A stretch of DNA of 64,000 bases, taken from Vicugna vicugna. Taxonomy: Eukaryota. Location of the stretch: the NCBI GenBank assembly GCA_013265495.1, contig MU058584.1, positions 310,001 through 374,000 on the forward strand. The letters are read 5' to 3'. The notes below the pieces were generated by a model. The model was not told the DNA's origin, searched no databases, and saw only the letters and a list, made by a program, of their open reading frames with translations. The translations under genes and the position numbers were made by a program. This document shows, piece after piece, positions 38,932 to 51,768 of the stretch (position 1 is its first letter; every line of letters begins with the position of its first letter).

Positions 38932-39019
38932 TGGAGGTGGGGATTGACTGGGGATTCAGCCTAAGACCTCCTGCATGCTAAGCATGTGCTCTACCATTGA
39001 GCTCTTTCCCTTCCCTCCC
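38919..39019 (-). mobile_element. Camelid tRNA-derived SINE (Vic-1-like)
   Basis: ttttaatggagg...gcatgctaagcatgtgctctaccattgagct. Confidence 0.8.
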
Positions 39020-39374
39020 ACATCCCTTTATTCTTGAAGCTGCAGTGCTTTCTAGAACTGTTGAAACGATCAGCCTTGAGAGTTGAATGAGACCTGGGGC
39101 TCCCTACTAAGGGGTGGCCAAGAAGTGCGCACTTGCCACCCAGTGCACCCTGTATTCAGAACATTCTGAACTCTGTTAGCCTGTGTGTGAGTGCGTTAGA
39201 GAGAAATTCTATTTGTGTGCTTGCAGAATTATCACGTGTCCCATATTCTGGGCTGCTCTTCCCTGCTGGTTCTGTGTGTGCACTTCTTATCTTGGTCTAG
39301 GCTATAAGCTCCTTAAGGACGAAGGGGACTCCCCGCATATCTGCCTTGTGCTGTCTACATCATAGAAAGCTAAC

Positions 39375-39620
39375 ATAATAATTGCTATCATTTACAAAGC
39401 ACTTACTATGTTCCAGGCACTGTGCCAAGCTCTTTCTAGGAAATGATTAATCTTCCCCAACAGCCGTGTGAGTTAAGGTACTCTCATTATGTGAGTTTTA
39501 TAGATGGGGAAGCCGAGGCATAGAGAGGCTGAATAACTTACTCATCGTCCACATTTAGTCATGGATAGATCCTCAGGTCAAACCCAGGCAGTCTGGCTCC
39601 AGGCATCCACTATTAACTGA
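39375..39620 (-). mobile_element. MIR SINE (near full length)
   Basis: agcacttactatgttccaggcactgtgccaagc...caaacccaggcagtctggctccag. Confidence 0.85.
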
Positions 39621-39749
39621 TGTGCAGAATATCTTTCAAGATGCCAAGAGCCATTGTGTATCAAGTATACCACTTTGAACACATGGTTCTCAGCATTTTA
39701 TATATGGTAACTAATTTAATTTTACAGTGGCCTTGTGAGGGTAGGTGTT

Positions 39750-39847
39750 CTTTTTTTTTTTTTTTTTTAATGGAGGTACTGGGGATTGAACCCAGGACCT
39801 TGTGCATGCTAAGCACGCCTCTACCACTTGAGCTATACCCTCTCTCC
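39750..39847 (-). mobile_element. Camelid tRNA-derived SINE inserted into a MIR, with perfect 13-bp TSD
   Basis: gagggtaggtgtt at 39737-39749 and 39848-39860. T18 tail, then aatggaggtactggggattgaacccaggaccttgtgcatgctaagc...gagctataccc. Confidence 0.95.
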
Positions 39848-41145
39848 GAGGGTAGGTGTTTTTATTTCCATTTCACAGAGGAAGAAACTGAGGCCATCCT
39901 TCTAGGCTGGATTGAATGGGCAAATGGTCTATGAAAGGTGGTGGTCTCAGTGCATTCCTTCAAGGTTAAGCCTGTGATGCAGGGACTGGTCAGCTGCTGT
40001 GTGCCAGTGGGCAGCTGGCCCCCTCTGGTGGGCCCCCCGACGGGCCATGCTGATGACCTCTAGATATGGAAATAAGGTGTTAGTAAGTGGAAGAGTGGAG
40101 ACCTGGCAGGAAAGGGGCTTTGGGAGGCCCTTCCTTCCTGGGGAGTGTTTTTCTTCGTTGGGCTCCTGCCCGTGCACTTCCTGTCTAACGGTGGCCTCCC
40201 ACTCCCCCGCACCACACCTCTTCCTCCTGTCAGCTTGCACACCCTCTTCCTTGCCTTTGTCAGCTCCGTTTCTGAGGACCAGTTCTCTCCACTCCACTTG
40301 GAGCCTCCAGGGCCCCTCCAGGAGAGTACACGTGCGGAAAAGCTTCCAACCCAGGAGATGCTACTGCCTTTCGGTTGGAAATAGCCCACAGTGCACAATG
40401 GAGAAGCTCCTAGGTTGTGTCCTATTTTTCTATCTTGATTATAAACTCTTCCCTTTTTGTTTTGGTCTCTTTGGATGGGAAGAGGCGCTCATGTGAAAGC
40501 ATTTTCATTTTCTGCCAAGAAGAAGATTAATGTCTCCCACGGGCCAAGTGACAACTAACAGATTATCTCGCTCCCATGCTATTTCCCATAAACACATAGA
40601 ACCTGAACTGTAACTGCATCTTCACACTGGCCCTCAATGTGTGTGGATTTTCTTTTCTTAAATTTGTCAGCTCAAGTTAAACACATTATATTCTGGGCAC
40701 CCATATCCAAAATATGATTGAAACTTTTTAAAAAATATGATTGAAACTTTGCCTCTTGCTTCAAGGTCACCTAAATGCATCTCTTTACCTCCTTCAGATC
40801 AGGAATTTTGCAGCATCCTCAAATAAAGGGAATTATCTGCAAATTCCTTTGACTGTTAAAGCATCCGTTCTCACACTTTGGTGTCTCTTAGAATCACATG
40901 GAAACTGATAAGTTTACAGAGGCCCAGGCTTGAAGTAGCATAGGGCCTGGATCTCTGTGCCTTTTATCACGTTTTCCAGGTGATTTGGATAGACACATTA
41001 GTTTAAGAGCCAAGGAGTTGGAGCACTGGTTCTCAAACTTTGTGGCTCATTGGAATCTTGAGGGAGCTAAAAAAACATTACTTGATGGCTAGATATTTTT
41101 TAGTGATTTTAATTTAATTAGTATGGGGTACAGCCTGGGTGTTGC

Positions 41146-42198
41146 CATTTTTATATCTTCTGTTTCTTTGCTGAGACTTTTTCTCTTTGTTTCAAGGATA
41201 TTCGTAATTGCTTGTTGAAGCATTTTTTCGAAGGTCACTTTAAAATCCTTGTCAGGTAACTCTAATATATCTGTCATCTTGGTGTTGGCATCTGTCGATT
41301 GTCTTTTCTCATTCCTGTTGAGATTTTCCTGGGTCTTGGAATGATGAATGATTTTTGATTGAAGCCTGGATGATTTGGGTATTATGTTAGGACATTCTGG
41401 ATCTTGATTAAATCTGTTTTAGCCAGACCCCTCCTCCAACGGGCTGGTGGGGGGAGGGGAGCGCTGCCTCCTTACCTTTGTGGGTGGGGTGGAAATCTAG
41501 ATCATTTATTGGCCTCAGCTGAAACCACTCTGGGACGGTGTAGGGCCTCGGTACTGTTGCTCACGTGGTCTTCACTGGCCCTCTGCCTCGGGCCCCTGGG
41601 TGGTGGTGGAAGTCCTGATTCTCCACTGGGACTCCACTGGAGTGTGAGCAAGGAGAGGAGGAGGCTGTATTATCACCGGGTAGGTGGACCTCCTGACGTC
41701 CCGGTTCTCATTCAGTCTTCTCTGATACCGCCAGGAAGAAGGTAAGCTTGGAGCACCTCCTTAGAGTCTGGTGAGGGCAGAGCCTCGTTTCTGACACTCC
41801 TGGTGGGGTGAGAATAGGAGGCATGTTTTTTTCCTGTGGTATTGTCTACAAGTTTTCTGTCACGCGAGGCTGCCCTATCCTGGTCCTTTGGCTAGAGAAA
41901 GCAGGCTTTCCTTGGGACTTTGTTTTTTAGAGGGGGGGTCTGTGTCCATTGGCGTTTCTGGGTCCCTGGCTTCTCCAGCAACCAGTGATGGAGATGTGAG
42001 GCAAAAGAACCCAGGGGACTTAACTGCCATGTGGTTCCTTAGGTGCTGAAGTTTCTGGCTGGTCTGCTGCCTTCTCTCCATCTTTCAGAGTTGTCTTACA
42101 GTTATTTATATATAATGCCTGGAGTTTTTGGTTGTTGTTGGTAGGAGAAATAGGGCAAGGTATGTCTGCTCCATCTTTCTGGAAATGAGAGTTCCATA
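41146..42198 (-). mobile_element. Old L1M fragment nested in a MER5-like element (about 41025-42236)
   Basis: ttgcttgttgaagcatttt...ttaaaatccttgtcaggtaactc...ctccatctttctggaa. The MER5 halves lie on either side (ggttctcaaact... and ...aagctcccccaggtgattctaat). Confidence 0.65.
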
Positions 42199-43408
42199 CA
42201 TTGGGAGGTTTCAAAGCTCCCCCAGGTGATTCTAATCAAATCAAATCAAATCAAGGGACACAACTGGAGATTCTCAGGGTTAGAGGGCTGGAGCAGACCA
42301 AGGTAGTTTTGGTGGAAAGACCAAAAGGACCTGGGGTCTTCCCCAAGTGGAGGTCTTTATGAACTATTGTCTGCTCCCTTGTAAATTCTTCTGTCACTTA
42401 TGTTCACTTTCCTTCCATATATTTTGTTTTTTTCCTCCATATAACCCTTCTTGAGTTCCCAAATGCAGGTGGGAATAAATCCAATCATATGGGAAGTATT
42501 TATCATGCTTCTTCTGTGTGTAGGACAGAGTGCTTGGTGTTGAAGGTCAGAGATAAATGAGACAAGATGGGGACCTGAAGTCAGCCTGGCTGGAGAGATA
42601 CTGAAAGACCGGCACAGTGATAGTGGTTATGTATGGAGCACATACTGTGTGCTGGGCATTCTGCTAGGTGTTTCATAAACTTTCTCATTTAATCCTTCCA
42701 ACTATGCTGCATGATATTGTTTTGTCCCTTTTATTGTTGCAGTTTCAAAGGCTTCATAGTAAGTGACTTTTTCAAGGTCATTCCATATCCGATTCTGGGA
42801 CAAAATTGGATCAAAGCTTTGGTGCTGGAACGAAGCCTTGCTTTTTCCACACAGAGATGCTCTGCTGAGCTTTGTTCGTGAGCGTGTTCATGGGGGTGGT
42901 GCTGTGACGGGGCAGAGCTCACCGATTTATATTCTTCCCTGGGACCCGAGACCATTTTTAGAGGCAGCTGTTGTTAGTGGCTTAATCTGTGACTTTGGAA
43001 GGGGTCTTGCAGGGGTATGAGATGCTGCTGCTTGAGGTTTAAAAATATCACTGTAGCAGTTTTGTGGAGAGTGGGTGGGAGGGGGCAGAAATAGACCTAG
43101 AGAGACTGTTTAGGAAGCTCATCCAGTATCTCAGGTGCGAGGTGGTCGTGGCTGCAACCAGGACCCATATTCTGCTCTGGAAGTTGCCAGGAGGCATCTT
43201 TTAGTTTGGAATGACCACAAGTATGAGTAAGGACGGGAATAGGTAGCTTCTGGGTAAGTGAAAAGGAGAGGGAGGGTGGCTCTGTGGCATGAATGTGGTA
43301 TGTGGGGGTTTATTGCTGTTTTTTTTAAGGGGAAGGAGATAAGAAAATCATAAATGATAAAGAAATGACAGGGATTAGGAAGACCTCTCTTTTAAATATC
43401 AGGCTTGA

Positions 43409-43803
43409 CATTTGCAGCACCATGGATGGACATGAAGATCGTCATTCTAAGTGAAGCCAGAAAAAGAAAGAAAAACACCATATGATATCACTTATATGGG
43501 GAATCTAAAAAAAAAAAAATACACAAATGAATTTATTTACAAAACAGAAACAGACTCGCAGACATAGAAAACAAACTTATGGTTACCAGACGGGGAAAGG
43601 GGATGGGAAGGGATAAATTGGGAGTTTGAGATTTGCAGATACTAACTACTATATATTAAAATAAATAAATAACAAGTTTATACTGTATAGCACAGGGAAC
43701 TATATTCAATATCTTGTAGTAACCTATAACGGAAAAGAATATGAAAAGGAATATATGTATTATATATATGACTGAAAGATTACGCTGTAAAAAAAAAAAA
43801 AAA
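43409..43803 (+). mobile_element. Young L1 3' end
   Basis: catttgcagcaccatggatggac...gtatagcacagggaactatattcaatatcttgtagtaacc, ending in poly-A. Confidence 0.9.
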
Positions 43804-45773
43804 CGCCATGCTTGAGAGATGTGACTTCACCTTGCAAACAGTGGGGAACAGAAATGTGTACCCCTAGGGGATGATATGTGCACAACACAGACACATATGT
43901 GTGCGCACATGCACACACACACACACAAAGTCATGTATGAGGAAGAGGAAATGGATAGGAGCTGTTGTAAAAATGGAAAAGAGCACTGAGGATGTTTCCA
44001 TGTGTCAGGTCCTTCATCAGGATGAAGATGGTGGACATGGAAACGAATGGGTAGATGTAAGAGAAATGGCAAAGAAAGACTTGGTACAGCAATGTGTATT
44101 GTGTTCTTAGGGCCAGGCTGTATTTAATTAGTCTTACTTCAAGGGACTTATATCTAAGTGAGTCGTTACAACTCACGTGGCAAAACTTTAAACGCCTCCC
44201 ACTGGAAGGACACTCTAATATCTGAACTGCATGAGCCTGAAAGGTGGTTGAACTTTGCTCATTTCTGTATCTGATCCTAAGCTGTCCATTGTGGGTTGAG
44301 CTCTTAGCCTCATTATATCCTAGTATGCCATGTAGAATTCTTTTTAGAGCAGTCCTGGTATCTTAGACTGTCTCAGAGTTTAGGAATCATATTAGGCTGT
44401 TGAGATTTGTTAATTTAAGGTCCATTTAGCCACAATGATGAGAATGAGGCTGTGTCCATATGAGCCCCTCTGGGAAATGAGAAAAGGGCTGAGTAGGGTG
44501 CTAATAAAGGCTGTGAAAACATAGACCCTAGATAGCTGGCAGTCTCAGCAAGCTGGGATTATGAGGTCTCTTTCTGCCTCCCAACCTCTTGCTGGAAGTA
44601 GAAGTTGCTGAAATATGAAAACTTCAGGCAGGGATTCTATAAGTCACTGGTGACAAATCCATAATGAGTTTGAGTCTAGATTGTTTGGGATATTAGAGAG
44701 CAACTCCCTTTGTGTCCCCAGGCTTCCTGTTAATCCTCACTGTCTGTGTTGCAATTATTTCTGACTTCTGCAATCTCCCTCCACTCCCACGCCCCCTCCA
44801 GGTTGGTACTCCCTGGCCTGTGAGATGCTGAAACAAGCACCATGTCTGATTCGAGCTTGAATTTCCAGGGCTTAAAGCGGCACTGGACACATTTTAGGTG
44901 CTCCATTGATCCTGAATGAACCAGTGAGTGAAGCTGGTGTCATTGAATACACATGTGTATTCACATGTGGCCTCGCCACATTTACCTGGGTGCCTTTGCC
45001 AGGAGTGGGATCCTGAACATGGCTCTTACCCAGTAGAGTAGTTCTGCTTCTCCTTCCCCAGCCAGTTGTCGTTTGAGTTGCGCTGGTTGTATTTTTTCAT
45101 AATGATTTTTGTGGCAAGAATGTGGTGTGTGGTGACTATGCCCTCCCAGTCATTCCGTTGGCAAGATGGTAGGGATTTTTATGGTGGAGGGATCTCACTT
45201 TTCTTCTGGCTTTGTTGTTGTAGACCTGGGATGAATACATCAACTCCGTTCTCAATCTTATGAGACTTAGCTCATCAAATACTAGGCCCCCACACCCCAC
45301 CTCCCAACACTACGTGTGTTCTTCTTCCTTGAACTGCAGTAGCTCCGTTTGGTTTATAATCCGTTATTTGTGTCCTCATCTTAGCATCAGCCCCATAAAA
45401 GGTTGTTAAACTTTTGTATTTTCTGCAGTATTGGCAGAGGCCCCGGCACATAGTAGCTGCTCAGTAAGCAAATGTAGTGGTGCATGGAATTTGGCAAGGG
45501 TTTGGTTTGTAAGTGAGGCCAATGTCCTTTGGATCCTGTGAATGTCAGGTGCTTGATGACAGTGATTCCTTTTAGTGATTCTTCATTTCCTCTTTCCAGC
45601 AGTAGCTTGAAGTTGTTTTTCATTAACAGTATGTCTGAAGCACAGTGTCTGAAGCACACACTTGAGGCTGCTGACTCACTTCTTCTAAGGGAGAAGCCTT
45701 TGATGCCTTGGGTATGTCATGTGAGAGGGATGCAGTCCCTCCTCTCACCTCCCCATTCCAGTGTACTGCTTTC

Positions 45774-46380
45774 TCATAATAGTCTGTTTACTCATTACTC
45801 AACAGGGAGGCCAGGGTCTGAGAGACTAGAATGAGCCATGGGGGAGTTCTGCACTGGTTGCAATGCCAGTCCTACCCTTTGCTGGATCACACAAGCCTTG
45901 AACAAGTCACTTTCATCTCTTTGTACTCCAGTCCCCCTCGTCTGAAATAACAGTTACTGAGAACCTAAATCTTAGATGACCCCTGAGGTCCCTTCTAACT
46001 CGAACACTCTGGGATTCTATGTTTCATTCTCCCATATCTTCTGCAGACCATCCCCTTTCGCCAGTGAATTCACATTCCAGTGCCTGAATGCCCACACTCT
46101 GGTTGACAGATCAATTAGAGCAAACAGTCAGAACACAGCAAGGCTGCCCGTGGGGCTCAGCATGCTCCCGGCTGTGTAAGTGCCCTCTCTCTCTCCCCGA
46201 GGTGTGGGAGGTGGGAACTTACGCTGTTTCTTCCCCTAGCTGTCCATCAATATTGCTCAAGTGCAACTCCACATAAGCAGAATTTATTAGTTACTTGTCT
46301 TCTGTTCTCAAATATTTACACCTTTTCCTGCTCCATGAAAAAAATCTTTCATGTCTTAGTCATCAATTTTCCCCTGTGGC
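45774..46380 (+). repeat. Inverted duplication, left arm (contains an old MIR-type fragment)
   Basis: Reverse complement of about 49985-50570. Perfect blocks at 45844-45938 and 45967-46068. ORF-track entries 45976(+) and 50368(-) start with the same peptide. Confidence 0.97.
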
Positions 46381-46616
46381 AGCCGAAAGAGAAGAGTTTT
46401 GAAAAACAGCAGGAACCCTACAGGGTGACATTCTGCAGAAAGACAAAGGAGAAAAAAGACTGAGCTGCGATCTTGGATTTTGTAGAAACTCAAGCAGGAA
46501 GAAGCCTGTGTGTGCTTGACAGCCCCAGGGGCCAGAGTCTTAGCCTTCAAGGGCAGCCCACTTTTCAAGGGTTAACTTTCAGCCTTGCTCCTCAGAAACT
46601 TAATTTTGTATTCCAA

Positions 46617-46785
46617 CAGTGCTTGCAACCCAGCTGTGCCTTGGGATCACCTGGAGAACTCACGAAATACAGATGCCCACTACCCCTAGAGATTTTTACT
46701 TCATGTATCTGGGCTGGGGTCCCACCATCACTGTAATTTTAAAAGCTCCCAGGTGACTGCAGTGTGTAGCCAGGAGAACTGCTAA
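46617..46785. mobile_element. MER5A-like hAT element
   Basis: cagtgcttgcaacccagctgtgccttgggatcacctggagaac...aaaagctcccaggtgactgcagtgtgtagccagg. Confidence 0.75.

Positions 46786-46829
<44 letters not shown>
46786..46829. repeat. (TG)n(TA)n microsatellite
   Basis: Read directly. Confidence 0.95.
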
Positions 46830-46832
<3 letters not shown>

Positions 46833-47049
46833 GAGTGGTGGTTATGAGCAGACCTGGGTTATTCACATTGGCAAGCCTGATTTATTAGGCAAGAATGCTT
46901 TTTAATGGATTTATGATGAGATACATACTTGAATGAGTGACTGGATATTCTTGTAGATGCAAAACCAGCACTTACCTGCCTGCAGCCAAGAGGGTGAAGG
47001 TTAGAGGGGCATATGCAGATCTCCGTCAGAAGGTTGGTTGTGTACATTT

Positions 47050-49965
47050 AATGTCAGCAAGCCAAGAGGATTTGAGATGTCCCCTCACATAATGGTGATG
47101 AGTTCCCTGGTGAAGCCATAATATTCAAAATCTATAGGTCAGAGCTCTCCCCTGCCCGCAAAGATTTTGGCTGGACACTGCCAGCAGTTGCCTTTATGTG
47201 ACTGTGTCTAGTGCTGATCAGTACCTCCTTCCCGTCCCTGTGACACCTTCTTTCTTTACCTTTGTAAGCACATAGCCTGGTAACTGGCATCTCCCTGGCC
47301 TTGGGAGATTCTGAATCTCCCATCTGTTCCCCGCCCTCTGCTCTTCTGTTTCTTTCCTTCCCCTCCTCTTCCATTTCTCATGTTTTCTGCCTTAGACTTG
47401 AATCAGCATTTCTCCAGGAACACCTGGTACCTTTTAATGCAAAATGATTTTTTAAGACTACCATATAGGCATTTGGGATGCTGATTTTTATTGGATTGGC
47501 CATTGTTTTTTTTAGATCTTCAGTGACCCGAACTGAGAAACTAAACAGAGAGAGCATGAGAATGAATATAACAGATTTAAACATTCTTGTGAGTTCTGAT
47601 GTTTCCAATTAGAATTCAAGACTACAGGTTTTTACCTAATCTTTTCTATACTTCATCTGTTTGTTCTTCCACCCTGTGAATGCTGATTTTCAAGTACACA
47701 GGGAATGACAGAATTTAATATCCCATAATTACTCATTTGCTTTATTCCACAGTGTACTGTTAGCAGTCTCAGAATACTAACCTCAGCATCAGTTATGATA
47801 CTGAAAACATCCAAAAACTTTTTTTTTTGCATATGCCATCCTTACCCTCTGTCATTTAAAACTATAGTTGTACTGTATGGATCATTGTGGTAGGCTGAAT
47901 AATGGCCCTTCAAAAAGTGTCCAGGTCCTAATCTCTAGTACCTGTGAATGTTACTTTATATGGCAGAGACACTGCATATGTGATTAACGGTCTTGAGATG
48001 GGGAGATTGCCCTAGATCATCTGAGTGGGTCCTAAATGCCATCACAAATGTTCTTATAAGAGGGAGATTACACACAGAAGAGGAGAAGACAGTGTTATCC
48101 TGGATGCAGAGATTGGAGTGATGCAGCCACAAGCCAAGGAAGGCTGGCAACCACCAGAAGCTGGAAGGGCAAGGAACAGATTCTCCCCTAGAACCTCTAG
48201 AGGAAAGGCAGCCTGCTGGAACCTTGATTTTGGTCAAGTGAAATCGATTTTGGATTTCTGGCCTTCATAACTGTGAGAGAATAAATTTGTTATTTTAAGA
48301 CACCAGATTTGTAGATAATTTGTTATAGCAGCTGTAGAAAACTAATATAATCAAAAATAGCCATCAGTTATGGCCACCAGCACAATATTACACATTGTGT
48401 GTATTTTTTTAAGCCTTAGTTAGTCTTAGTTTCTTAGTAACTATATGTTCAATATTTACTACCAATACTTGTATCTATGTCTAGTCATTTTGGTCATCTG
48501 ACGTTCATTCTCCAATATCCTTAGGAAGGGCTCATAGGAACAGTATTTCCTGATTTTTTTTTTCAAATGTTGGTAATCTTTTTGTCAAAACTGCTGGATA
48601 CAAAATCACTGGTTCATATTTTTAAAAAATCTTAAATGTTAGTCCATTTTCTTTTGGCATAAAATTTGTTGTAAGTCTGCTAATCTAATTTTCTCTCCCT
48701 TATAATTCATGTACTTTTCCTCCCCTTAGCCATCCAAAGGATCTTTTCCTTTAAAGTCCTATAATTTCACTAGAGTGTGTTTTGATATTGGTTGTTCTGA
48801 GTATTCTTAGGTACATTGTATGCTCTTTAATTTTGAAATTTCAAATATCTTTCTTTTTGGAGAAAGCTTTTATGAATAACTTTTTTTTAGAATTCTGTTT
48901 GCTTACTTTTGTTTTTCAAGAACCCCTCTTAACTGTATGTTGGCTCTTCTTTGCCATTTTCAGTATTTGTCACTTTCAGATCTCTTTTATCTCTTTCTAT
49001 ATTTCTTTTTCATTTAAAAACTTTCCCCACTTTTCAGGCATTTGAAGGTTATTTTTTCTTGTATTCCTTCTAGTTTAGTTTTCATTTCTAAAATGATTTT
49101 CTTTTTAAAATTTCTGATTCTTTCTGAATTTCTTGAATTCAGTCATTTAATTTCTGAATTTTCATGATTCTAATTTATGTTTTCATGTCATGCATAGTTT
49201 GAGGTATTTTTAAGCTCATTTTGAAATGATGGTGTATATTTATCTGTTTTTTTGAATGGGTCTTTTTGGCATGTTTTTACTGGCACATGTCTCTGAGATA
49301 ACATTTTGCTGCTTATTCTCTTTCTCTTATAGAAATGCCTATGGAGTTGACCTTGATACTCCTCTGTTCATTTTTATGGGAATTTGTTCTCAATTTTTAA
49401 AAGGATAATAGGTTCAGTAGCATTTCCTCTTCTGTTGTTTTTGTGTAGGTTAGAAAACTGTGGTGGCCCTTTTCCCTCTCCTGCTTTTATCTGAACCTTC
49501 TCTTTTGTCTCTGTTGATTATGCTGCTCAATTTTGACTCCGCTCCTGATGGTTTCTCCTCGATGTGGGGTCCTGCTTGGTGAGTCAGTTTTGAGAGGTGA
49601 TCCAGCCCTTCAGACCTCACTCTGGGCCCCTTCTACCTCTCGTTTCAGCTGCAATTCTCCAGTTTTCCCGCTGTGCTCATCAGGGACACCTGTTGGCTCT
49701 TCTGCATTCTCCTCTTTCAGGTTCAGCATGTGCCCCATTGCTTCCCTTTGTTTTCTCCCATGTGGACACCACTATCATGCTGGCACTTAGTCATTTGTCC
49801 CCAGCTTTATGTATTTTGGGGCTTGTGGGTATATGTTGTCAAACTATTGTTGGATGTTGTCTATGAGTTTTAAATTTTGCTATTTTGTTGCTCTGTTTGT
49901 TTTTGTAAGGATTGCAGAAGATCCAATAATTATACTGCCACTGTTGTCACCATTTTCCCAGAATT
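47050..49965 (-). mobile_element. Old L1M (ME/MC-like) fossil, T-rich, interrupted by an MLT1
   Basis: gaatcagcatttctccaggaacacctggtaccttttaatg; gctggatacaaaatcactggttca; tctgctaatctaattttctctccctt; ends in ...caccattttcccagaa. May be several fragments. Confidence 0.6.
47886..48350 (+). mobile_element. MLT1 (C/D-like) LTR
   Basis: tgtggtaggctgaataatggccc...ccaccagaagctggaagggcaaggaacagattctcccctaga...atttgttatagcagctgtagaaaactaatata. Confidence 0.9.
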
Positions 49966-49984
49966 GGATTATCTTTTTATTTTC

Positions 49985-50570
49985 ACTACAGTAGGGCAAA
50001 TTGCTGACTGAGATTTTAAAAGCACCTCCCCCCCGCCATGGAGCAGCAAAAGGTGTAAATATTTGAGAACAGAAGACAAGTAATGAATAAATTCTGCTTA
50101 CGTGGAGTTGCACTTGAGCAACATATTGATGAACAGCTAGAGGAAGAAGGAGCACAAGTTCCCGCCTCCCACGCCTGGGAGCATGCTGAGCCCCACAGGC
50201 AATCTTGCTGTGTTCTGACTGTTGCTTAATTGATTTGTCAACCAGTGTGTGGGCATTCAGGCATTGGAATGTGACTTCACTGGCGAAAGGGGATGGTCTG
50301 CAGAAGATATGGGAGAATGAAACATAGAATCCCAGAGTGTTCGAGTTAGAAGGGACCTCAGGGGTCATCTAAGATTTGGGATCTCAGTAACTTATTTCAC
50401 CGACTAGGGGGACTGGAGTACAAAGAGATGAAAGTGACTTGTTCAAGGCTTGTGTGATCCAGCAAAGGGTAGGACTGGCATTGCAACCAGTGCAGAACTC
50501 TCCCATGGCTTATTCTAGTCTCTCAGACCCTGGCCTCCCTGTTGAGTAGTGAGTAAACAGACTATTACGA
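49985..50570 (-). repeat. Inverted duplication, right arm
   Basis: Reverse complement of 45774-46380. Lacks the 30 bp present at 46170-46199 in the left arm. Confidence 0.97.
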
Positions 50571-51421
50571 AGTGAAGAGGCCTTTTGTAGAGTAAATTGA
50601 AGGGTATTCACCCTTTTGTTTTAAGAAGTTCAGTGTTTCAGTCGGTGGGTTTTCTTAAAATAGAGGCACATATAATTGGGTGTCTGTGGAATAATTGAGG
50701 GGCAGAACAGAAGATTCCATCAGCATCACAGCTCTCCTGTGGCAGAGTCAAGACAGAACCTGAAGGCCTGACTGCATCAGTCCCACTGAACTTTTCACTC
50801 CATCAGGTGATAAATCTGGCCTTGACATTTCCAAGAAAAGGAAGTGTTTGTCTGAAAGCTCTGGATTACTCATTGAATGATAGTTTATAATGGATGATTC
50901 AATGAGTTGATATTTATTCATCTCAGTGTATGTTCTCTTAATGGTCTTCTTGTTTCTTTGGCCAAGAAGATAGTAATTCATAGTTGTGACCCCGGTGCCT
51001 GGCACATGATTTGTGTTCCATATATATTATATGCCTTGAATGAGTCTGTTAGGGGAAGTGAGGCTAATACATGAGAAGATGAACAAACTCACATTCCCTT
51101 GCATGGCTGAGTACTAAACGTATGCCGTGAATCCTGAGAAGGTGTGTGGTATGGACAGTCATCTGGATGAAATGGTAAGGAGGATTTGGGTACTCGTCCC
51201 CCTTCTCCTGCACTCTCCGGCACACGCGCTGACTGTGATAATGACATGCTGTCACGTAGGAAAAATGTATTTTGCCATCAGAGAGAAATAGTTCCTTGAA
51301 GAGAGACAAGAGTTCAGCTGCTGCTTTCTCACCACTACTTCAGCCTGTTTTCTTCTGCAGCTTTTCAGACATTTTAATTACAGTGTTTGATCTTTAGATC
51401 CTTTATTTGAGATGGTTATTA

Positions 51422-51768
51422 CAGTTTTCCCTTGGTATCCACTGGTGATTTGATTCTGGGGCCCCCCTACCCCTGCTTCCCACAGATACCAACACTTGAG
51501 GATGCTCTAGTCTCTTATATAAAGCTGTGTAGTATTTGCATCTAACCTACCCACATCCTCCTGCGTACTTTTAGTCATCTCCAAATTACTTAAAATCCTA
51601 ATACACTGTAAATGCTGTGTAAATAGTTGTGAATACAGAGTAAATGCTATGCGAATAGTTGCTGGTATGTGGCAAATTCAAGTTTTGCCTTTTGGAACTT
51701 TCTGGATATTTTTCCCAAATATTTTCGATCTGCCGTTGGTTTGGTCTGCAGATGTGGAGGGCTGACTG
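51422..51768 (+). mobile_element. MER2 (TcMar-Tigger) element
   Basis: TA-flanked cagttttcccttggtatcc...gatgtggagggctgactg with terminal inverted repeats. Internal gtagtatttgcatctaacctac. Confidence 0.85.

Noticed and set aside
39947..40496. Cluster of 79-165 aa ORFs
   Set aside because: GC-richer intronic stretch with no recognisable domain or convincing exon structure.
40708..40750. Tandem duplication of aaaatatgattgaaacttt (a similar short one lies at about 25135-25165)
   Set aside because: Ordinary short slippage duplication with no further structure.
45976..50368. Duplicated small gene MTPEVPSNSNTLGF... on both strands
   Set aside because: The shared peptide follows from the inverted duplication, begins in MIR-type sequence, and the two frames diverge by frameshift.
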